Below, one piece after another: positions 57,242-64,000 of a stretch of 64,000 bases of DNA (positions within the stretch are counted from its first letter, which is position 1; the number at the start of each line of letters is the position of its first letter). Under the pieces are notes generated by a model. The model did not search any database. It was not told the DNA's origin and was given only the letters and a program-made list of their open reading frames with translations. The stretch covers positions 1,355 to 65,354 of IMG/VR virus record IMGVR_UViG_3300020470_006081, one strand, 5' to 3'. The stretch is from a virus (Duplodnaviria > Caudoviricetes). A program made the position numbers and the translations under genes.

Positions 57242-59738
57242 AAAAATCCCTCTTTTCTAAATCGCCCCAAGGCCCTTGAGGTTTCTTTTTTCCTTGCGCT
57301 CCGGCGTAACCAGCAACTGCAGAAACACCGCTAGTTTCTAATACGGGCTCTGTAGCCGGCTTTTCTTCTGGTTTTCTTTCAATTGCACCTTGTTGTCTTT
57401 TTGCCTCTTCTTCTCTTTCTGCTTTTTTTCTTTCTTCTGCAGCTGTAACTTTAGTAAATAGTGTGTTAGTTATTCCATCGATATAAGATTCAATACCTTC
57501 AACCCCAGCTTTTGCAAGAGGTTCTTTTAAGTTTGTTAATAAAGTGCTTATCATCCCTCTTAAATTTGCTTCTTCTTGTTCGGTTAATTTTCCGCGCTCT
57601 TCCATATCATTAGCAATTGCGTACGCTTGTTTTGGATCCTTGCCTTCTTTGTCAATTAGATATTGAGTTTTAGCATTGATGCGTTTTTTTGATGCAGATA
57701 CTTCTTCAACCAAGGAAAATAGGGAGGTCAGTGAAAAAAAATTTTCATCTAGTTTTCTCTCCCCTGAAGCTTGCCAATCTGTATCATCAATATCTAAAAT
57801 ATTTAAAACATTATTATAAACACTTTCATTTGGTAGAAGACTTAAAAACTCCTCCCGATCTTTGTTTACTATGGCTCTTCTCATCCTACTGGCGCTAGCA
57901 GCCTCTCCACCTACTTCATATGCCTTTGCTGGCTCAACTGCTATTATTTTAACATCAACCAATCCGGGGTTATTTTCATTGAAGTATTTTTCAAAAGCAT
58001 ATATTCTAGCTGCATCTTTGTCTTTATCACTTGCGCCTAAAGACCAAGCAGCATTACGAAATCTTTTAGTAAATTGAGAATCTTTCATAAATTCATAACA
58101 TGCAGTCATCGGCGTAGGATATCCATCTGCATTTTTAAACTCAACTTTATCAGAAAAACCTCCATATATATCAAAAATTTTCATACTCTGTTGATGAGTG
58201 ACACCTCCCCTAGGTTTAAAACCTACAACTACAAAAATCTTCACAACATCAGGATTTTTATCGTATTGTCGTATCATATTATAGTGTCCGACTGTCGGAG
58301 GCTTAAAACCACCAGGGATAAGAATTACATATTTGGCTCCGCCTGCAGTTTTTTCTAGATCTTGGTAAGTCAGCTCTTTAATGAGCTTTCCTTTTCTGTA
58401 TTTTTGCTCATCTAAGCCACCAAAAGGACCCTCGACGCCATCTAAAATAAAATTACCAGTTATTTTAAAAGGCACTCCACCACAAATATTTGCATCATCT
58501 ACAACACAACCTTCCTGTTCATTAACTGCGCCAAAATCTTCTGCATCCATAGCATCTAGAACAGCATTACCCATTATTCTTGTGGCATGCCAGACTACTG
58601 CAGCATCGACAATAGCTTCAATATCTTGTTTTATTTCCTCTCTTGTTCTATCAACCATTTCTTTTGTGTCAGGATCTTTTTTCTTTTTAGATATTATTTT
58701 ATCAACTGGTATTTTGTTTTTTCCTTTTGCGCCAATTGAAATATAAAAATTCTTAGCCATTGCGTCTTGTACACGGCCCATTCTAGGAAATTTGTTCATC
58801 ATATAATCAGAAATAATAACTTTTTTTCCTAGCGGGCTTTCACTTACATTTTCAAGCCACTGTTTAATGCTTTGTTGATTTCCTTCGCCTATTCCAAGCT
58901 CGCCCGGCTCTTCTTCATCTCGCATTTCTGAACTATACAAAACTAAAAATTGCTGGTTTAAGGCATCGTCCAGAAAAATCTCTCTTTTTACAGAGGCAGG
59001 AATTTTTGTAAAAATCTTAAAATCTTGTTGATTTGCAAATTTTTCCACTTTGTCTCGAATAATATCAAGTATTTTTTGATCAGCTTGTTTGCCTGCTCTA
59101 ATTAAATCTTTTATTTTTTGTATTTCTGCAGGATCTCCACCAGAAGCCTCTAGATTTTTCCATTGGTTGATTAAATCTTGTCTTGGGTCGACACCATGTC
59201 TTGATTTAGGTCCTTTTGGAACAAACTTTTTTATTCCATGCACAGCTATGAAATCAAATGGATATTCTCTAACATTAATTTGCTTGCGAACAAACTCAGT
59301 ATTAAGATATAATCCATAATGCCCACCTGTACCAGTTTCCGGATTATATGGGCTAGTTAACTCTAATTCTTCTAATTCTGGCATAATATCTGGTAATGCA
59401 TTATTAAAAATACTTAAAAGAATATTTGTTGCTTCAACCATTCCATGAGGTTCACCTGTTTTCGGATTTGGAGGAAATCTTTGCTCTGCATTTCTTGCTG
59501 TAATTCCATCGATGTCCAATTGCTTCATTGAAGACCGATCAACAACAAATTCATAAGGTGGAGATAAATTAGGATTTTGAATAAGACGAAAACTTAGATT
59601 TACACCATCTATTTTGAGTGCACATCCCTCTTCTCTTAAAGATTGTATACTTTTTCGAAAAAACTCAATTAAATCTGTTCCTGAATTGACATCTGGACAA
59701 TCAAAAGGATGCCACATATGTCCGCCGGCGCCGCCCAT
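57234..59738 (-). CDS. fusion of a KxDG (ligase-like nucleotidyltransferase) domain and a HIGH-motif cytidylyltransferase-like domain
   Basis: GHMWHPFD, LKIDGVN, EGCVV, FKITG; PGGFKPPTVGH and SASRMR. Confidence 0.65.
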   Translation of the reverse strand: MGGAGGHMWHPFDCPDVNSGTDLIEFFRKSIQSLREEGCALKIDGVNLSFRLIQNPNLSPPYEFVVDRSSMKQLDIDGITARNAEQRFPPNPKTGEPHGMVEATNILLSIFNNALPDIMPELEELELTSPYNPETGTGGHYGLYLNTEFVRKQINVREYPFDFIAVHGIKKFVPKGPKSRHGVDPRQDLINQWKNLEASGGDPAEIQKIKDLIRAGKQADQKILDIIRDKVEKFANQQDFKIFTKIPASVKREIFLDDALNQQFLVLYSSEMRDEEEPGELGIGEGNQQSIKQWLENVSESPLGKKVIISDYMMNKFPRMGRVQDAMAKNFYISIGAKGKNKIPVDKIISKKKKDPDTKEMVDRTREEIKQDIEAIVDAAVVWHATRIMGNAVLDAMDAEDFGAVNEQEGCVVDDANICGGVPFKITGNFILDGVEGPFGGLDEQKYRKGKLIKELTYQDLEKTAGGAKYVILIPGGFKPPTVGHYNMIRQYDKNPDVVKIFVVVGFKPRGGVTHQQSMKIFDIYGGFSDKVEFKNADGYPTPMTACYEFMKDSQFTKRFRNAAWSLGASDKDKDAARIYAFEKYFNENNPGLVDVKIIAVEPAKAYEVGGEAASASRMRRAIVNKDREEFLSLLPNESVYNNVLNILDIDDTDWQASGERKLDENFFSLTSLFSLVEEVSASKKRINAKTQYLIDKEGKDPKQAYAIANDMEERGKLTEQEEANLRGMISTLLTNLKEPLAKAGVEGIESYIDGITNTLFTKVTAAEERKKAEREEEAKRQQGAIERKPEEKPATEPVLETSGVSAVAGYAGAQGKKKPQGPWGDLEKRDFYE

Positions 59739-59749
59739 AGTAAAACTCC

Positions 59750-60541
59750 TTATTTAGTCCATTTTCTAACTAATTCTTCAAATAAAAACTGATCTTTACT
59801 ACCTTTGTGCCAGTTTTCCTTAACTTCGTCGCCGTCGTCGGTCTCGTCGTCGTCGTCGCCAAATGCTGCTTTCGCGCGGGCCATTTCCCAATCTTCTACT
59901 TTACCGCTATCGTCTATATCGGCTTTTTCCATGTCTACTGCCTCTTCCATTGGATCTACTTCTATACTAGATAACCAATCTAAATTCTTTTGATTGGCAG
60001 CTGCCTTTTCTTCTTCGGTTAATTCAATCTCTTGAACATTGCCCACCTCATCTTCAACTAATTCAACAATTTCGCTGATTAATTTTGCAAATTTATTGCT
60101 TTTCATTTTTTTATTCTCCTGTTGTTGTTTTTTTATACCGTCTTCCCAATCGCGAAAACAAATATTTCCATTTTTATAAGCGTCTAGCTCTAAATTTCGA
60201 AGATTTTCATCTTCTTGGGCATATCCAACGCCCATATTCGACCCACCCATAAATTTTCCTTGACAGTTTTGTCTATGGTGAACTAATTCGTGAGATAAGG
60301 ATCGCATAATGTCCTTAACATGACGACCGTCTACAAAAAGTGATATTTTCATCGCATTTGGCTCGTAAAAAGCAGTTTTGCCTAGTGGATTTTGAGCATT
60401 TTTTGGATCTGAAAGTAAATTTATGGTTACTGGCTTGTCAAAACCCATTTTTTGCTCTGCATAAGGCACATATTGCTTAATAAGTTTTTTTAAAACGTCT
60501 AAATGTTCGTATTTTTCAGGATTTCCAACAATTTTATGCAT
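59750..60541 (-). CDS. HExxH metallopeptidase-like protein with an EF-hand-like loop
   Basis: RSLSHELVHHRQ...ELDAY; DIDDSGKVEDWE. Confidence 0.65.
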   Translation of the reverse strand: MHKIVGNPEKYEHLDVLKKLIKQYVPYAEQKMGFDKPVTINLLSDPKNAQNPLGKTAFYEPNAMKISLFVDGRHVKDIMRSLSHELVHHRQNCQGKFMGGSNMGVGYAQEDENLRNLELDAYKNGNICFRDWEDGIKKQQQENKKMKSNKFAKLISEIVELVEDEVGNVQEIELTEEEKAAANQKNLDWLSSIEVDPMEEAVDMEKADIDDSGKVEDWEMARAKAAFGDDDDETDDGDEVKENWHKGSKDQFLFEELVRKWTK

Positions 60542-61491
60542 TATACGCCTCCAAAGCCTGGCGGAGCTGATTTTCCTCTGTTATAATTAGGCTTGTTCGG
60601 ATAAGCTGAACCAGCTTTTTGTTTTCCACGGCCAATATTGAGATTTTTAAGACGATTATGCTTGTCTCGTACTCTTTTTTGAAATATTTCAATCTCGTTT
60701 AGCCGATCAAAGCCCGGTTTTTCTAAAATTTCATCATTATTTATATAAATTTTAAATTTTTTGTCATATTTGCCTTCATATGATCTCATTTTGTCATAAG
60801 ATTCATCTCTTATGTCAAATAGTCTCTTCATATGTTCATAATTTCTTAAATATTTAAATGCTAAATTCTCATATGAATACTCACCTCGTTCTTCAAGACC
60901 TGACTGACGAAATTTTTTAATTTTTTTAATTAAACTTTTTGATTCTAGGTGTGCTTGCTTAAATTTTTTAGCTTCAAACACATCTTCTGTTCTTTCTATC
61001 ATATCAATAATTGATTTTATCTTTCTTTTTGCCATTTGTTCATCAATTTCTGGTTCAATTCTATTAGGTTGTGCAATCCATTCATTGTTCATGATGGAAA
61101 AAACACCTGTTGAGTGGTGGTCTTCATTCATGTCCTGCACATATATCTCTATTTCATAACCAAAAACAGTAATGTTGTGTTTTTTGTTCCAGTTCGAGGT
61201 TTTTGCACTAAAAAAATTTCTAACTAATTCTTTGTTTTCATCAACTTTATTAAAATCTACTATCAAATGTAAATCAACATCTGAAAACTTAGTGTAATTA
61301 TAATTAGCTAGCGAGCCTGTAAAGGTAACATCCTCTAATTTTACGTCGTCTAACTTGAGATCGTTAAAAAAATCTCTTGCAATAAGCAAAAGCTGCCATG
61401 AAACTTCAGAATTTAATCTTTCCCCACGCTCGCCGGCCCAAAATTTTTCATTTAAATTGTCGTTTATTGTTAAAAGATTATTAATTTTCAT
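60541..61491 (-). CDS. Pol-beta-superfamily nucleotidyltransferase
   Basis: TGSLANYNYTKFSDVDLH and EIYVQD. Confidence 0.8.
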   Translation of the reverse strand: MKINNLLTINDNLNEKFWAGERGERLNSEVSWQLLLIARDFFNDLKLDDVKLEDVTFTGSLANYNYTKFSDVDLHLIVDFNKVDENKELVRNFFSAKTSNWNKKHNITVFGYEIEIYVQDMNEDHHSTGVFSIMNNEWIAQPNRIEPEIDEQMAKRKIKSIIDMIERTEDVFEAKKFKQAHLESKSLIKKIKKFRQSGLEERGEYSYENLAFKYLRNYEHMKRLFDIRDESYDKMRSYEGKYDKKFKIYINNDEILEKPGFDRLNEIEIFQKRVRDKHNRLKNLNIGRGKQKAGSAYPNKPNYNRGKSAPPGFGGV

Positions 61492-61524
61492 TACTAAGGT
61501 TCCTAAAGTAAGTAGTTTTATTCT

Positions 61525-61553
61525 TTTACAATGTTAAATAATGTTTTTATATT
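61525..61553 (+). promoter_or_regulatory. putative sigma70-type promoter
   Basis: TTTACA-17 nt-TATATT upstream of a + strand gene. Confidence 0.5.
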
Positions 61554-61588
61554 ATTAATAGATAAAAAACATAACTTTGGAGGAAGCT

Positions 61589-61762
61589 ATGCTAACGTTT
61601 TTCGAAATTATCTGGGCAATTATTTGTTTTACGCTTTGGATCCCATTCAAAGCTTTAGGTATGATTTTTGGTGCTACAGTTGTAACTGGTAGAACAGCTG
61701 GTACCATGATGATTGCAGACCATGGAATTAGAAAAGTTAGAAAATATTACAAAGAAAGTTAA
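61589..61762 (+). CDS. 57-aa membrane protein
   Basis: GGAGG SD before ATG 61589; hydrophobic N-terminal half and basic tail. Confidence 0.65.
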   Translation: MLTFFEIIWAIICFTLWIPFKALGMIFGATVVTGRTAGTMMIADHGIRKVRKYYKES

Positions 61763-61998
61763 TTTTTCTCTAATTTTCCCTCTAGTCTTCCAACAATTCT
61801 TAAAATTTCATTGTTGTTTACTCTAATTTGTGTAATATCTTGTCTTAAAACTTGAATTTCTTTTTCAATTTTATTAAATTTGGGTTCATTAATTGATTGA
61901 ACCCAAAATATTACACCTGCAACTGTAGCAACTATACCTACAACAACAGTAAGCCACTCTTTAATATCTTGTACATTAATGGAACTAGAACTACTCAT
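61759..61998 (-). CDS. TM + coiled-coil small membrane protein (holin-like?)
   Basis: WLTVVVGIVATVAGVIFWV followed by heptads; AAGGA SD. Confidence 0.65.
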   Translation of the reverse strand: MSSSSSINVQDIKEWLTVVVGIVATVAGVIFWVQSINEPKFNKIEKEIQVLRQDITQIRVNNNEILRIVGRLEGKLEKN

Positions 61999-62049
61999 AA
62001 ATTGTCTTTCCTTAAGTTCGTCTTTTAAATAGTTTATAAGAATATAAAA

Positions 62050-64000
62050 TTATGTTGTGGTGTCATATTCCCACACACAAGTCGCTCTTGCATCATATAG
62101 TTGTGCATTAGCATCAACGCTAATGGACAAAAATTGATTTTTACTAAATGTATTACTGCTAGTAAAATTAAATGTTTGAGTAACTCCCACACCAGCTGAA
62201 GATTGAGCTAATGTTTCCGTTACTGTAGTAGCTGCTGTTGTATTCTGGTCTAAATGAAGCCCTACAACTGTTGATCCAGGAGCTGTGCCGCCGCCGGCGT
62301 GATCGCCGTCAGCGTTTATTATTACTTTAACTAATTTACCATCATAAGGCGCTATCATATGTACAAATACATATGTAATATCTGTATTTTCCACAGGAGA
62401 GTTGATGGGAAGATAAATTTTTGCAGTGCCAGTATAATTAAAATTATGATGTGTAAAATATAAATATTTTCCTTTTATAGGATCAGAAAAATGAAATTCA
62501 GACTCATCTTCTTTCCAAGTTATTGAGCCATCACTGGTATTACCCTTAAAGGACACCACTACATCAGTATCACCGTCATTTCCAATATTTAGAGCATCAG
62601 ATTCAATGTTAACTGCGGCAGCAGAGTCCAGAGTAACAACCGTACCCGCAAGTTCTGCTGTGCCATCAGCAGTTATCTGTAGGTTGGCGTTTGAGGCATC
62701 GTCGTCAACGGTTGTAATTGTAGTTGCGCCGTGGGTAGTGGTTTGAATCTGGAAATAATCGCCATTATCGGCTGAACTTTCAATTCTAAGATCGACACCG
62801 CCGTCCTCAACGTCAAGTTGGAGTCCGAAGTTGGTGTCTCCACCTCCGGCTTCGATCCTTGCGCCTTGGACGAGGCTGCTGCCGTTTGTTCCGCCTTGTG
62901 CGTTAATAAGCGCACCGTATACAAAGGTTCCACCAGCATCAGCGGCGTGTGTAAGCGTTGGGGTGACGTGCAAACCATACATGTAGTTGTTGCCATTGGT
63001 GGCTGTCGTATTATCCATATCAAGATAGATACCATACATGGTGTTGTCTGACGTGGAAGCGCCGGTCTTATCCCAGTCTATGTGCAAGCCGGTTATTGAG
63101 GCTTCGGTAGTGTCCGAGTAATTCTTGTCTAGCTTTATTCCTGTAACGCCACCATCCGACTGAACGGTGAACGCTGTTGCCGCAATAGCTGCTGCGTTAT
63201 TTTGAATTATGAGCGCGGTGTTCCTTGTTCCTGTATCTGATGAATTATCATCAACATAAAGAGCATTACCAGTTGTTAAGCCGTCTGCGCCGATGGCAAG
63301 CACTCTTGCTGTTGTTACATCGTTTGCTGTTATATTAACCACATTTGCGGTAATGTTGGAAGCATTAATATCAAGGCATTGCTGGTCTGTGTCGTTGCTG
63401 TTTAATTGTACAAGAGGCACTCCAAATGCTCCGGCAGAAGCATTATTTTTAACCTCTAGTGTTGCTCCTGGTGAGCCTGTGTTATCACCGATACTTATTC
63501 TGTTAGAAGAAGCCTCCATAAAAAACATATGGGTTTCGTCAGCAGATTCAATTCTAAAGTCAATATCAACACCGCCTTCATTAAAAGTTATATCGTTTTG
63601 GCTATCTTCAGTGAAATCTACAAAGTTAACGCCGCCACATTGAATGTTTATGTCGTCATCTGTAAAGTTGATATATGTATCCGTATCGCCTAAATGAAAT
63701 ACCTTAGCAGCGACGCCTAAGTCTGTCCCATCAAAGGTAAGATTTGACTCTACAGCAAAAGTATTATCACTTGTCACCCATGTTATAATACCATTATCTG
63801 TATCGCCAGAGACCGATCGCATGCCAGTGACAGGATCTTCCCAACCCGGCGCGCTCGCAGCATCATTCATTGTAAGCACTTGATCAGCTGAGCCTTTTGC
63901 AAATCTAACATAGCTAGTACCATTATGATAAAGCATATCTCCTGCAGCATCTGAGCCAACAGCGAAGCCGGCCGCAAAAGTAACTTTTCCGCCGTCAGCG
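62050..64000 (-). CDS. tail fibre / receptor-binding-type protein (5' end beyond window)
   Basis: Frame stays open from 63936 to the right edge (ADGGKVTFAAGFAVGSDAAGDMLY...). G/D/T/N-rich beta repeats with fibre-type motifs GSADQVLT, ESNLTFDGT, DTDTYINF, GATLEV. Confidence 0.7.
   Translation of the reverse strand, partial: ADGGKVTFAAGFAVGSDAAGDMLYHNGTSYVRFAKGSADQVLTMNDAASAPGWEDPVTGMRSVSGDTDNGIITWVTSDNTFAVESNLTFDGTDLGVAAKVFHLGDTDTYINFTDDDINIQCGGVNFVDFTEDSQNDITFNEGGVDIDFRIESADETHMFFMEASSNRISIGDNTGSPGATLEVKNNASAGAFGVPLVQLNSNDTDQQCLDINASNITANVVNITANDVTTARVLAIGADGLTTGNALYVDDNSSDTGTRNTALIIQNNAAAIAATAFTVQSDGGVTGIKLDKNYSDTTEASITGLHIDWDKTGASTSDNTMYGIYLDMDNTTATNGNNYMYGLHVTPTLTHAADAGGTFVYGALINAQGGTNGSSLVQGARIEAGGGDTNFGLQLDVEDGGVDLRIESSADNGDYFQIQTTTHGATTITTVDDDASNANLQITADGTAELAGTVVTLDSAAAVNIESDALNIGNDGDTDVVVSFKGNTSDGSITWKEDESEFHFSDPIKGKYLYFTHHNFNYTGTAKIYLPINSPVENTDITYVFVHMIAPYDGKLVKVIINADGDHAGGGTAPGSTVVGLHLDQNTTAATTVTETLAQSSAGVGVTQTFNFTSSNTFSKNQFLSISVDANAQLYDARATCVWEYDTTT

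Noticed and set aside
52780-59860. Short tandem repeats (52780-52840, 54135-54153, 59824-59860) as regulatory or contingency loci
   Set aside because: They encode PK/PG, PE and poly-Asp linkers, mostly with synonymous variation.
370-63643. Numerous short + strand and nested - strand ORFs in the track
   Set aside because: They are shadows of longer motif-bearing genes with no recognisable motifs; only 41180 and 61589 are accepted on the + strand.
1-64000. Genome-wide UGA or UAG reassignment
   Set aside because: Very long ORFs are intact in code 11, and UGA serves as a normal stop in many ATGA overlaps (30908, 32986, 33642, 35267, 38548, 47504, 51559). Any recoding at 46 kb would be site-specific.

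Overview
64 kb fragment of a large, AT-rich, contractile-tailed (myovirus/T4-superfamily-like) phage genome, read in standard code 11 with almost all genes on the - strand. Left to right: (1) baseplate/tail module (1-24 kb) with a >1600-aa LamG+MAM virion protein missed by the ORF track, gp6-like and gp25-like wedge proteins, a 3240-aa orphan and a split gp5-like spike with an M15 peptidase; (2) a gp55-like late sigma factor and a 12-kb glycosylation island (24-38 kb); (3) accessory and metabolic genes (Cas4-like nuclease, PIN-PhoH, serine protease, SpoU methylase, UvsE, PurA, tRNA-Ile(UAU), fatty-acid hydroxylase; 38-46 kb); (4) a 46-61.5 kb array of probable head-internal proteins sharing two N-terminal leader families, with cargo including annexin repeats, DUF192 and nucleotidyltransferases; (5) a tail-fibre gene truncated by the right edge. 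The strongest candidate for something new is a reading frame at 46010-46441 with two in-frame UGA codons. Each is followed by a hairpin with its loop G at position 23, as in bacterial SECIS elements, which suggests a phage selenoprotein. Other highlights are the leader/cargo system, phage annexins, an unannotated 11-Cys peptide and an Fst/Ldr-like peptide. All family assignments come from manual motif recognition; no database searches were run.
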